A DNA stretch of 64,000 nucleotides from assembly GCA_934130285.1 (NCBI GenBank), contig CAKOXT010000005.1, positions 52,973 to 116,972 of the forward strand. Direction: 5' to 3'. Each line of letters opens with the position of its first letter. Position 1 is the stretch's first letter. Below are positions 6,911 through 16,588 of the stretch, piece by piece. The notes under the pieces are model-generated. The model did no database searches and had not been told where the DNA came from. It worked only from the letters and a program-made list of their open reading frames with translations. A program made the position numbers and the translations under genes. Source of the DNA: an uncultured Clostridia bacterium. Lineage in GTDB: Bacteria > Bacillota > Clostridia > TANB77 > CAG-508.

Positions 6911-7456
6911 TTACTTAGATTGTTTAATTTTTTTTCTATTTAAGATTTTTATAAAAATGATTAAATAAGCTAATCCAATTATCCAACCACATAATACATC
7001 AGTTGCATAATGCACACCTAAGTATATTCGACTAATACCTATTAAGAAGATTATAGCAGAAAGCAGTGGAACCAATATGTTTTTTAATCTTTTATTTTTC
7101 ATATACTTCATAATATAGTAAATAATTAATCCATAAAAAATCATTGACATCATAGAATGACCACTTGGAAAACTGTAAGAAGTTTCAACTGTCATAACTA
7201 ATGTTTGAGTAGGACGTGGACGCCTAACAATAATTTTTATTAAATTATTTAATATAACACCAATTAAATTAGCAGATAAAAATGTAAGAAATATTTTTTT
7301 ATTTTTCCACGAAATAATTGCAACAGATAAGATTCCAGAAACAATAACTAGTGTAGAACCAAGTGTTGTAATTAGTTTCATAATTGTAAGTATAGTATTG
7401 TTTACAGGAAAAATAGACATTATAAATTGATAAATGGGTAAATCAAAAAGTATCAT
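6911..7456 (-). CDS. PAP2-family lipid phosphatase
   Basis: Multi-TM protein with RPRP, SFPSGHS and SRIYLGVHYATD motifs. Confidence 0.8.
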   Translation of the reverse strand: MILFDLPIYQFIMSIFPVNNTILTIMKLITTLGSTLVIVSGILSVAIISWKNKKIFLTFLSANLIGVILNNLIKIIVRRPRPTQTLVMTVETSYSFPSGHSMMSMIFYGLIIYYIMKYMKNKRLKNILVPLLSAIIFLIGISRIYLGVHYATDVLCGWIIGLAYLIIFIKILNRKKIKQSK

Positions 7457-7594
7457 ATAGTCTCCTTTTCAAATAATATACAAAAATTATAGTATATTAA
7501 AAATTAAAAAGCAACATATGAGGTTGATTTTAAAAAAGATGCGTGATACTATAAAGATGACTCGTAAACAAAGAGAAGAATAGGAGGTATTCAT

Positions 7595-8260
7595 ATGATT
7601 ATAGAATTACCTGAGATGTTCTACAAAGCAGACGGAAAGAAATATGTACGGGTTAAAAATGGCATACTAGAGATTCGTGGATACTGGGACTTTGAGAAAC
7701 TCATGGTACAGCTGGCGTATGAGATGAAAGGCAAATGTCAATGCTATTATTGCAGAAAAAGTGTAGATCCAAAGAAAATAACAATTGATCATTTATTCCC
7801 AAGCGATTTTGGGGGAATGTCAATTACAAATAATTTGGAACCAGCATGTCAGAAATGCAATAGCAGTAAGTCTAACATGAACCAATACGAATATGGCGTG
7901 TGGAGGACTATACGGGATGAAGAAGCTCAGAAAAGTTTCTATCATAGCGTAGTTGCCAAAAAGAAAAGAAGAAAGTTCAACGCTAAGGTAAAAAAAGGTT
8001 TCGATTTACCTAAAAGCTGGGTTGAATATCGGAGGTTGGATAGTATCCAAAAAATCAGCAAAGTAAGCAATACCAATAGTAACAAGTTCAAAAGAATGTT
8101 AACTTTTGCAAGAAGGTATAACAAGCTCCCAAGAACGATTGTTGTGTCCAGAAATGGAAAACTCCTGGATGGAGCAACAGCATACGAGGTCGCTAAAAAG
8201 CTGAGATTTGTGGAAGTACCAGTAACTGTTCTCGAAAATGTTATCATCTATAGAGACTAA
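7595..8260 (+). CDS. HNH endonuclease with a ParB/Srx-like C-terminal region
   Basis: CQCYYCRK..IDHLFP..N..PACQKCNSSK is an HNH/zinc motif. The C-terminus ..VVSRNGKLLDGATAYEVAKKL..VPVTVLE looks like a ParB N-terminal domain. A 60-nt sample at 7681-7740 is 43% GC by hand count. Confidence 0.7.
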   Translation: MIIELPEMFYKADGKKYVRVKNGILEIRGYWDFEKLMVQLAYEMKGKCQCYYCRKSVDPKKITIDHLFPSDFGGMSITNNLEPACQKCNSSKSNMNQYEYGVWRTIRDEEAQKSFYHSVVAKKKRRKFNAKVKKGFDLPKSWVEYRRLDSIQKISKVSNTNSNKFKRMLTFARRYNKLPRTIVVSRNGKLLDGATAYEVAKKLRFVEVPVTVLENVIIYRD

Positions 8261-8275
8261 TCTGTCTGCTAAAGA

Positions 8276-8305
8276 AACTCCCCTGACGATGGTTAGGGGA
8301 GTTTT
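8276..8305 (+). terminator. Intrinsic terminator
   Basis: AACTCCCCT, 10-nt loop, AGGGGAGTT, then TTTT. Confidence 0.65.
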
Positions 8306-8379
8306 CTTATCTTTTTATTGTACTACAATGTGAATATTGATATAATACAACATATATGAGAAATAGAGAGGTTAATAAA

Positions 8380-8595
8380 ATGAAATATATAATAGATCGA
8401 ATAGAAAACAATTTAGTAATCTGCGAAAATCAAGAAACTAAAAAGATGGAAGAATTTCCTAAAAGTATGTTCCAAGAAGAAATAAAAGATGGAGATGTTG
8501 TTATAAAAGAAGGCAATTCATTCAAAATTGATAAAGAAGAAACAGCAAGTAGGAAGAAACATATTGAAGACTTAATGAAAAAATTAATGAACTAA
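8380..8595 (+). CDS. DUF3006-like small protein
   Basis: MKYIIDRIENNLVICEN...DGDVV... is the pattern typical of DUF3006. The ATG at 8380 follows GAGAGG. Confidence 0.5.
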   Translation: MKYIIDRIENNLVICENQETKKMEEFPKSMFQEEIKDGDVVIKEGNSFKIDKEETASRKKHIEDLMKKLMN

Positions 8596-8619
8596 AATCT
8601 TCAGAAAGGAAATACTAAC

Positions 8620-11600
8620 ATGGCAAATAAGTGGACAAACGAACAGTTAAGTGCAATAACACAAAAAGGTAATAACATATTGGTAGCAGCAGCTGCTGGT
8701 AGTGGAAAGACCACTGTTTTAGTTGAAAGAATTATAAGAAAAATAATTAATGATAATGTAGATATAGATAAAATATTAGTCGTAACATTTACAAATGCTG
8801 CAGCATCAGAAATGCGAGAAAGAATATTAACAGCTTTGTATAAGCAAATTGATGAGGATCCATTAAATCAAAGACTAAGAAAACAGATAGTATTATTAAA
8901 TAAAGCAAGCATCTGCACAATAGATGCATTTTGTTTAGATATAATTAGAAATAATTTCTTTGAAATAGGAGCATCATCAAACTTTAGAATAGCTGATAAC
9001 ACAGAATTAGAATTACTAAAGCAAGAAGCAATTGAAGAAACTTTTGAAGAACTATATTTAGAAAATGATGATGAATTTAATAAATTAATTGAATTATATG
9101 CTGGATACAAAGACGATGAAAATTTAAAAAATATAATTTTAAAAATTCATAATTACATTCAAAGTGCGCCATTTCCAGAAGATTGGTTAGAAGAACAAAT
9201 TGAAAAATTTAATATGAGTGACATAGAAGATTTTTCACAAACAGAATGGGGAAAAATCATTTTAAAAAATTTCAGGGATGAAGTATTAAATTCAATTCAA
9301 ATCCTAGAAAGCAGTAAACATCAATTAGATATGATTACTGAATTATCAAAGTTTTCACTAGTCGTTGCAGACGATATAAATCAATTGAAATTTTTAGAAC
9401 AAAATTGGGATAACTGGGAAAGAGCATACGAAATAGCTAATAATTTAAAATTCAAAACATGGCCAACAGATAAAAAAGTAGTAAGCAATTTAAAAGAAGA
9501 CACTAAGAAAGCCAGAGATAATGTGAAAAAAAGAATATCAAAAGCCGTATCTCAAACATTTATATATAATACAGAAGAAGCGGTTGAAGACATTAATGCA
9601 ATGTACCCAATACTTAAAAAAATAAAAGACGTAACACTAAAATTCATGGAAAAGTTTTCAGAGAAAAAATCAAACAAAAATATAATGGACTTTAGTGATA
9701 TAGAACATTATGCTTTAAAGATCTTATTAAAAAAAGATGAAAATGGAATATACCAAAAAACAGAAGTTGCCAAAAAATATGAAGAAAAATTTAATGAAAT
9801 AGCCATTGATGAATATCAGGATAGTAACTTAGTTCAAGAATATATTTTAACATCAATTTCAAATGGAAAAAACATATTTATGGTAGGTGACGTAAAGCAA
9901 AGTATATATAGATTTAGACAAGCAAAACCAGAACTATTTTTAGACAAATATCAAAAATATGGACTAGAACCAAATGAATATGGTCAAAAAATAAAACTAT
10001 TCAAAAATTTCAGAAGTAGAGAGAACATTCTAGATACAACAAACCTAATATTCTCAGACATTATGAGTGCTGACTTTGGTGAAATAGAATATGATGAAAG
10101 TGAATATTTGAATCTTGGAGCAACATATGAAGAACCAGCAGAAAATGTAGAATTTGCGGGAAAGACTGAACTAGATATAATTGATTTGAAAAAAGAAGAA
10201 AATGAAGATGGCGAAGAAATAGAAGAAGATAATTCAAGTGAATTATTAGAAAAAACAGAAATCGAGGCAAAATTTGTGGCAAACAGAATTCAAGAATTGA
10301 TAAAATCAAAATATCAAGTATATGACAGAAAAACAGGATATAGAGATATAACATACAAAGATATTGTAATTTTATTAAGAGCCACATCAAATACAGCAAA
10401 CGTGTTTGAAAAAGAATTACTAAATTTAAATATACCTGTTTTTAGTGACCAAGCAGAAAACTATTTGGAATCAATAGAAATAAGAACCATAACATCATTA
10501 CTAAAAATAATAGATAATCCATATAGAGACATACCTTTAGTAACAGTAATGAGATCAATCATAGGAGATTTCACAGATAATGAATTGATTGAAATTAGAC
10601 TAACACAAAATGAAGGATATTTTTATGATTCATTAAAAGAAGCAAAAACATCACCAAAAATAGATAGTAAATTAAAAGAAAAAGTAACAAATTTTCTTGA
10701 TAAACTAAACAAATGGAGAGAAGAAGAAAGATATCTTCCATTAAATGAATTTATTCAAAAAATATATGAAGAAACAGATTATTACAACTATGTTAGATTA
10801 ATGCCAAATGGACAAGTAAGAAAAGCAAACTTAAAAATGTTATTAGACAGAGCAAAAGATTACGAAAAAATCAGCTTCAAGGGATTATTTAATTTTATTA
10901 GATACTTAGAAAAAGTAAAAAGTAGTAACAGTGATTTATCTTCAGCTAAAGTAATTGGAGAAAATGAAAACGTAGTTAGAATTATGAGTATTCACAAAAG
11001 TAAAGGACTTGAATTTCCAGTTGCAATAATTTCAAGAACAGATAAAAAATTCAATCAAAAAGATTTAAATGAAAGCATTTTATTACACCAAGATATAGGT
11101 TTTGGAATGCAATATATTAATTATGATAGAAAAATCGAATATACTACAGCAACAAAAGAAGCAATAAAAATTAAAACTAAAGAAGAATCAATTGCAGAAG
11201 AAATGAGAATTTTATATGTTGCATTAACAAGAGCAAAAGAAAAACTTATAATAACAGGTGTAGAAAACGATTTTACAAAATCAATTGACCAGAAAAAAGA
11301 ATTGTTAGAAATTTACGAAAAAGAAAATGATAAAATAAATCACTTGGTATTAAAGAAATACCTAAGTTATCTTGAATGGATAGAACTAGTATATTTAAAC
11401 CATCAAGATATTGAAAATCAAATAACATTAAATAAGATAGCTAAAAAAGACGTGCTTAAAGCAGAAGAAAATCAAGAAGAACAAGAAAAAAAGAACATAG
11501 AATTACCTGAAAAAATAGATTATGAAAAGATAAATGAAATTTTAAATTGGCAATATAAATACAAAGAAATGACAAACATTCAAAGTAAAATGAGTGTAAC

Positions 11601-12201
11601 CAAAATAAAAGAATTAAAAAATAATGAAGCACAAAATCAGCAACATATAGAAATTAAGCCAAAGTTTATGCTAGATAAAACAAAAGTATCATCTGCTGAA
11701 AGAGGAACCATAATACACTTAATTTTACAAAAACTAGATTTCACAAAAGAATATTCAAGAGAAGAATTAGCACAGTTTGTTAATAATTTATGTACTAAAA
11801 ATATAATAACTCAAATACAAAAAGACAGCATAAACATAGAAAAAATATATCAAATAATCAATACACAATTTATAAAGAATTTAAAAAATGCAAAAGAAAT
11901 AAAAAAAGAAACGCCATTTTATACATACATAAATACTAAAGAAATATATAATACACAAAACTCTGAAAATATATTAGTACAAGGTATTATAGACTTATAT
12001 TACATCAACCAACAAAATGAAGTAATTTTAGTAGATTATAAGACAGACTATGTAGAAGGTTCGGGAGAAGAATTAATAGACAAATACAAAGTACAGTTAG
12101 AAATTTATAAAAAAGCACTAGAAGAATCATTAAAAGAGAAAGTAAAACATGTATACATATATTCAATATATCTAAATAAAGAAATAGAAATAACCTTCTA
12201 A
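8620..12201 (+). CDS. addA: ATP-dependent helicase/nuclease subunit A (AddA/RexA type)
   Basis: 1193 aa. UvrD-like helicase motifs (AAAGSGKT, DEYQDSN, VGDVKQSIYRFR) plus a C-terminal PD-(D/E)XK motif (GIIDLYY..LVDYKTD). Confidence 0.85.
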   Translation: MANKWTNEQLSAITQKGNNILVAAAAGSGKTTVLVERIIRKIINDNVDIDKILVVTFTNAAASEMRERILTALYKQIDEDPLNQRLRKQIVLLNKASICTIDAFCLDIIRNNFFEIGASSNFRIADNTELELLKQEAIEETFEELYLENDDEFNKLIELYAGYKDDENLKNIILKIHNYIQSAPFPEDWLEEQIEKFNMSDIEDFSQTEWGKIILKNFRDEVLNSIQILESSKHQLDMITELSKFSLVVADDINQLKFLEQNWDNWERAYEIANNLKFKTWPTDKKVVSNLKEDTKKARDNVKKRISKAVSQTFIYNTEEAVEDINAMYPILKKIKDVTLKFMEKFSEKKSNKNIMDFSDIEHYALKILLKKDENGIYQKTEVAKKYEEKFNEIAIDEYQDSNLVQEYILTSISNGKNIFMVGDVKQSIYRFRQAKPELFLDKYQKYGLEPNEYGQKIKLFKNFRSRENILDTTNLIFSDIMSADFGEIEYDESEYLNLGATYEEPAENVEFAGKTELDIIDLKKEENEDGEEIEEDNSSELLEKTEIEAKFVANRIQELIKSKYQVYDRKTGYRDITYKDIVILLRATSNTANVFEKELLNLNIPVFSDQAENYLESIEIRTITSLLKIIDNPYRDIPLVTVMRSIIGDFTDNELIEIRLTQNEGYFYDSLKEAKTSPKIDSKLKEKVTNFLDKLNKWREEERYLPLNEFIQKIYEETDYYNYVRLMPNGQVRKANLKMLLDRAKDYEKISFKGLFNFIRYLEKVKSSNSDLSSAKVIGENENVVRIMSIHKSKGLEFPVAIISRTDKKFNQKDLNESILLHQDIGFGMQYINYDRKIEYTTATKEAIKIKTKEESIAEEMRILYVALTRAKEKLIITGVENDFTKSIDQKKELLEIYEKENDKINHLVLKKYLSYLEWIELVYLNHQDIENQITLNKIAKKDVLKAEENQEEQEKKNIELPEKIDYEKINEILNWQYKYKEMTNIQSKMSVTKIKELKNNEAQNQQHIEIKPKFMLDKTKVSSAERGTIIHLILQKLDFTKEYSREELAQFVNNLCTKNIITQIQKDSINIEKIYQIINTQFIKNLKNAKEIKKETPFYTYINTKEIYNTQNSENILVQGIIDLYYINQQNEVILVDYKTDYVEGSGEELIDKYKVQLEIYKKALEESLKEKVKHVYIYSIYLNKEIEITF

Positions 12202-12300
12202 TCGGCTAAAATGAGGTTATACCGTATTTACAACAGATATAAAATGTAGTATAATAGTAATAGTTGAGACAAAAAATGGAATAAAAAATAGGAGGAAGCT

Positions 12301-12918
12301 ATGAAAAGAATGCAAACGTTTTTGACATACGCTTTAATAATTATAGCATTTTACTTTTTTTCAAATTTTTTAATAGATTTTGGAATAAGAAGTTCATATA
12401 AAGATGTAAGTGATGAAAATATCAAAATAGAGCAAGCTGATAACGGGTTTGAAATAAATGTTGATAAGGCCAATTCAAATAGAAGACAATCATACTTTAC
12501 AGGTACAGTAAAAAATAATTCTGATAAAGTAATTGAAAAACAATATGTAAAAGTTGACTCATATTATAAAGGAAAACTAATGCAAGAAAAGTATTTGGCA
12601 TTTGAAAATATGCAACCAGGAGAAGAAAGAAAATTTAAATTACTATATTCTTTAGGACAAATAGATGAATATAGAGTTTCTTATGTTGACGAAATACCAA
12701 TAAATAAAACAATCATAGACAAAGGTATAGAAAAAGTTGTTGAGTACTATAACAAAGCTAAGAACACTAACTGGAAAGAAAAAGGTACAGGTTTACTAAG
12801 CGGAGTTGCAGATAAATTTGAGCCAGTACATGTAGAAGGAACTGATTGGGAACTATTTGTTGCGGTAATGTGGGTATGGTATGCTATTCCATCAGGAGCA
12901 ATATGGTTTATAATATAA
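12301..12918 (+). CDS. Hypothetical membrane protein (FxLYD-like domain?)
   Basis: N- and C-terminal TM segments. Central ..GTVKNNSDKVIEK..PGEERKFKLLYS.. region. Confidence 0.55.
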   Translation: MKRMQTFLTYALIIIAFYFFSNFLIDFGIRSSYKDVSDENIKIEQADNGFEINVDKANSNRRQSYFTGTVKNNSDKVIEKQYVKVDSYYKGKLMQEKYLAFENMQPGEERKFKLLYSLGQIDEYRVSYVDEIPINKTIIDKGIEKVVEYYNKAKNTNWKEKGTGLLSGVADKFEPVHVEGTDWELFVAVMWVWYAIPSGAIWFII

Positions 12919-13146
12919 TGATGAATAATAGAAAAAGAGCAAATTTAAGTTTGCTCTTTTTTACGTTTAGAAAGAAAAATTAATATTTTATGTAGAAATA
13001 TATTTTAATAGAAAATATGAACATGAAAATATTACCAAAATAGATTTTCACTATATCAATATAATCGATATTTTGATATGCAGATATATTGAAATATAAG
13101 CATTAATTTGATAGAATAATATAAATTTATTTAAGGAGATTTAAGC

Positions 13147-14961
13147 GTGAACGACAATCAAAAGCAAATTAGAAATTTTAGTATAATAGCACATATAGAT
13201 CATGGAAAATCAACATTGGCAGATAGATTAATTGAAATGACAGGAGTACTTACAAAAAGAGAAATGGAAAGCCAAGTCTTAGACAATATGGATATTGAAA
13301 AAGAAAGAGGAATAACCATAAAGTCTCAAGCTGTAAGAATGAATTATACAGCAAAGGATGGACAAACATATGAACTAAACTTAATAGACACACCTGGTCA
13401 TGTTGACTTTAATTATGAAGTTTCAAGAAGCTTAGCAGCATGTGAAGGAGCAATTTTAGTTGTAGATAGTAGTCAAGGAGTAGAAGCACAAACATTAGCC
13501 AATGTATATTTAGCATTAGATAATAATCTAGAAATAATTCCAGTAATAAATAAAGTAGATTTACCAAATGCAAGGCCAGACGAAGTAAAAGCTGAAATAG
13601 AAGATATCATTGGAATTCCAGCAATGGATGCACCATGTATTTCTGCTAAGTCTGGATTAAATGTTGAACAAGTATTAGAAAGAATCGTTTCAGACATTCC
13701 AGCACCACAAGGAGATAGAAACGGAAAATTAAAATGTTTAATATTTGATTCATTTTATGACAATTACAAAGGTGCAATCAGCTATGTTAGAGTAAAAGAA
13801 GGAACAGTAAAAGTGGGAGATGAAATTCTATTTATGGCAACAGGAAAACATTTTACTGTAACAGAAGTAGGATATTTTGGTGCAGGACAATATGTTCCAG
13901 CAGACGAATTAAAAGCTGGCGAAGTTGGATACATAGCAGCAAGTATAAAAAATGTATCAGACTTACATGTTGGTGATACAATTACAAATTTTGAAAATCC
14001 AGCTGAGGAACCATTACCAGGATACAAAAAAGCTAATTCAATGGTATATTGTGGAATGTATCCATTAGATGGTAGCGAATACGAAAATTTGAAAGATGCT
14101 CTTGAAAAATTAAAATTAAATGATGCAGCTTTAGAGTATGAACCAGAAACATCAATAGCTTTAGGATTTGGATTTAGATGCGGTTTCCTTGGATTACTAC
14201 ATCTAGAGATAGTTATAGAAAGATTAGAAAGAGAATTCGATTTAGGATTAATAACAACAGCACCATCAGTTATATATAAGGTGTATAAAACAAATGGAGA
14301 AGTAATTGAATTATACAATCCAACAGATTTGCCTAAAACACAAGAAATAAAATACATAGAAGAGCCAATCATGAAAGCTGAAATAATGACACCTAAAGAA
14401 TTTGTTGGAAATATAATGGATATTTGCCAAAAAAGAAGAGGTACATATATAGACATGAAATATCTAGACAGCAACAGGGTTACATTAGAATATGATTTGC
14501 CTTTAAATGAAATAATATATGACTTTTTTGACACACTAAAATCAAAGACAAAAGGATATGCATCAGTAGACTATGAATTTAAAGAGTATAGAAGATCAGA
14601 ACTTGTAAAATTAGATATACATATAAATAATGAAGCAGTAGATGCTTTATCATTCATAGTTCATAAAGACAGTGCTTATACAAGAGGAAGAAAAATGGCT
14701 GAAAAATTAAAAACAGTTATACCAAGACAATTATTTGAGATTCCAATTCAAGCAGTTGTAAGCGGAAAAATAATTGCAAGAGAGACTTTATCAGCTATGA
14801 GAAAAGACGTATTGGCAAAATGTTATGGAGGAGATATTACAAGAAAGAAAAAACTTCTAGAAAAACAGAAAAAAGGTAAAAAGAAAATGAGACAAATAGG
14901 AAATGTTGAAGTACCTCAAGAAGCATTTTTAGCAGTGTTAAAATTAGACGATGAAGAATAA
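13147..14961 (+). CDS. lepA: Elongation factor 4 (LepA)
   Basis: 604 aa. GTPase motifs AHIDHGKST and DTPGH, plus the LepA C-terminal domain. GTG start after AAGGAG. Confidence 0.95.
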   Translation: MNDNQKQIRNFSIIAHIDHGKSTLADRLIEMTGVLTKREMESQVLDNMDIEKERGITIKSQAVRMNYTAKDGQTYELNLIDTPGHVDFNYEVSRSLAACEGAILVVDSSQGVEAQTLANVYLALDNNLEIIPVINKVDLPNARPDEVKAEIEDIIGIPAMDAPCISAKSGLNVEQVLERIVSDIPAPQGDRNGKLKCLIFDSFYDNYKGAISYVRVKEGTVKVGDEILFMATGKHFTVTEVGYFGAGQYVPADELKAGEVGYIAASIKNVSDLHVGDTITNFENPAEEPLPGYKKANSMVYCGMYPLDGSEYENLKDALEKLKLNDAALEYEPETSIALGFGFRCGFLGLLHLEIVIERLEREFDLGLITTAPSVIYKVYKTNGEVIELYNPTDLPKTQEIKYIEEPIMKAEIMTPKEFVGNIMDICQKRRGTYIDMKYLDSNRVTLEYDLPLNEIIYDFFDTLKSKTKGYASVDYEFKEYRRSELVKLDIHINNEAVDALSFIVHKDSAYTRGRKMAEKLKTVIPRQLFEIPIQAVVSGKIIARETLSAMRKDVLAKCYGGDITRKKKLLEKQKKGKKKMRQIGNVEVPQEAFLAVLKLDDEE

Positions 14962-14973
14962 GGAGAACGAAAG

Positions 14974-15591
14974 ATGAAAAGTTTAAGAAAGATAGCTTTA
15001 ATTATAAGTGCCTTAATAATATTTATGATACCAACAGCACTAGCAGCAACAGCTTCAAATGAAATTACTGAAGAACAAACAAATTACAACATAATTTCAG
15101 AAGAAGGAAGAGTGAAATTTCAAAGATTTGTTGAAATAAAAGATAATTATGAAAAATTTTGTATATTAGAAGGCATACTATTTGTTATAGTAGTAATAAT
15201 GACAGTAAAAACAAAAGTCATAGATACATCTACTAAATCAGGCCTACTTGTTGCAATACTTGGAATAGCCGCCTATGTATTCAGATTTTGCGTGGAAGGT
15301 AATATAATTTATGTACTAGATACTTTCTTACAAATATTAGGAGTAATTTTAATTCTATTATCTTACTGGTTTATATATAAAAATGAAAATATTTTAATAT
15401 ACGCTCCAGTATGTGCATGTGGAATATTCTATTCTGTGAATAATTTGGAATTAGTAAAATCTAATATACTATGTCAAGTCTTTTTAATAGTTGCACCATT
15501 TGTATTATATATATTAGGAAGAATAATGCACAAAACTAAAGAAATAGAAATGTTAAAACCTGTGAAAGAAAAACATGAAAGGAATAAATAA
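14974..15591 (+). CDS. Hypothetical integral membrane protein
   Basis: Signal-like N-terminus and several hydrophobic segments. Tightly packed between lepA and rlmB. Confidence 0.55.
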   Translation: MKSLRKIALIISALIIFMIPTALAATASNEITEEQTNYNIISEEGRVKFQRFVEIKDNYEKFCILEGILFVIVVIMTVKTKVIDTSTKSGLLVAILGIAAYVFRFCVEGNIIYVLDTFLQILGVILILLSYWFIYKNENILIYAPVCACGIFYSVNNLELVKSNILCQVFLIVAPFVLYILGRIMHKTKEIEMLKPVKEKHERNK

Positions 15592-15592
15592 A

Positions 15593-16429
15593 ATGAAACC
15601 AGAATTTAAGAAAAATGATAACAAAAGAAATTTCAAAAATAACAATAGAAAGAATTATGACAACAGAGATAATAAGCCAAAAGATGAAAATGAATATGAT
15701 GACATAGTAGAAGGAAGAAATGCAGTTTTAGAATTGTTGAATTCAGATAGAGACATTAATAAAATATTTGTACAAAGTGGAGAAAGACATGGATCAATAA
15801 ATAAAATTATTGCAGTAGCAAAAGAAAACAAAGTAGTAGTTACTGAAGTTGAAAAATCAAAATTAGATTTCATGTCAAAAACTAAAAATCACCAAGGCGT
15901 AATTGCAGTGGTTCCACCATTTAATTACTGTGAAGTAGAAGATATATTAGATTTCGCAAAGAGTAAAAATGAAGATGCTTTTATATTAATACTAGATGGA
16001 ATAGAAGATCCACATAATTTAGGCTCAATAATTAGAACTGCTGAAACAGCAGGAGTTCATGGAATAATAATTCCAAAAAGAAGAACTGTAACAGTAAACA
16101 GCACAGTTGCAAAAGTATCAGCAGGTGCAGTAGAACACATGAAAATTGCAAGAGTAAATAATATAACAGAGACAATTAGAAAATTAAAAGAAAACGGATT
16201 ATGGATTATAGGAACAGACGGAGAAGCAAGAACTTTATATTACAATCAAGATCTTAAAGGTGATATTGCAATAATCATAGGTAGTGAAGGTTTTGGTATG
16301 AGTAGACTAGTAAAAGAAAATACAGATATGCTTGTAAAAATTCCTATGAAAGGAAAAATAACATCTTTAAATGCATCAGTATCAGCAGGTATCATAATCT
16401 ATGAAGCTGTAAAACAACGTTTAAAATAA
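15593..16429 (+). CDS. rlmB: 23S rRNA 2'-O-ribose methyltransferase, TrmH/SpoU family (RlmB-like)
   Basis: SpoU substrate-binding region (VEGRNAVLELL) and the SpoU methylase core (DPHNLGSIIRTA). The ATG at 15593 has a better RBS than 15575. K/N-rich N-terminal tail. Confidence 0.8.
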   Translation: MKPEFKKNDNKRNFKNNNRKNYDNRDNKPKDENEYDDIVEGRNAVLELLNSDRDINKIFVQSGERHGSINKIIAVAKENKVVVTEVEKSKLDFMSKTKNHQGVIAVVPPFNYCEVEDILDFAKSKNEDAFILILDGIEDPHNLGSIIRTAETAGVHGIIIPKRRTVTVNSTVAKVSAGAVEHMKIARVNNITETIRKLKENGLWIIGTDGEARTLYYNQDLKGDIAIIIGSEGFGMSRLVKENTDMLVKIPMKGKITSLNASVSAGIIIYEAVKQRLK

Positions 16430-16510
16430 AAAAGTATGAATCATAAAATTAATACTTGCATTAGTAAAAATATAATGATAAAATAAGAACATAATTTTTG
16501 TTGAGACAAA

Positions 16511-16550
16511 ACAGATAAAAAAAAAACCCCTTTTTTTTATCTGTTTTTTT
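16511..16550 (+). terminator. A/U-only hairpin with a CCCC loop and a T-run (rlmB terminator and/or pyrG leader attenuator)
   Basis: ACAGATAAAAAAAAAA, CCCC loop, TTTTTTTTATCTGT, then TTTTTT. It lies between a TTGCAT-17-TAAAAT promoter candidate and pyrG. Confidence 0.5.
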
Positions 16551-16588
16551 GTTTTTTAGGGTTTTACAAGAAAGGTAGGATAAATAAA

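Noticed and set aside
13782-14534. Long antisense ORFs inside well-supported genes (this 250-aa one in lepA, plus 35934-36542 in pdp, 32096-32614 in yibE/F, 54534-55103 and 55192-55746 in leuS, 62347-62973 in pilD, 40122-40532 in pepF)
   Set aside because: They lie opposite strongly recognisable genes, give low-complexity S/F/I/L-rich translations and have no RBS. This is typical of stop-poor antisense frames opposite purine-rich coding strands.
16456-16550. Direct equivalent of Bacillus pyrG reiterative-transcription attenuation
   Set aside because: The predicted initially transcribed region lacks the GGGC start needed for poly-G addition. I keep only the weaker claim of a leader hairpin.
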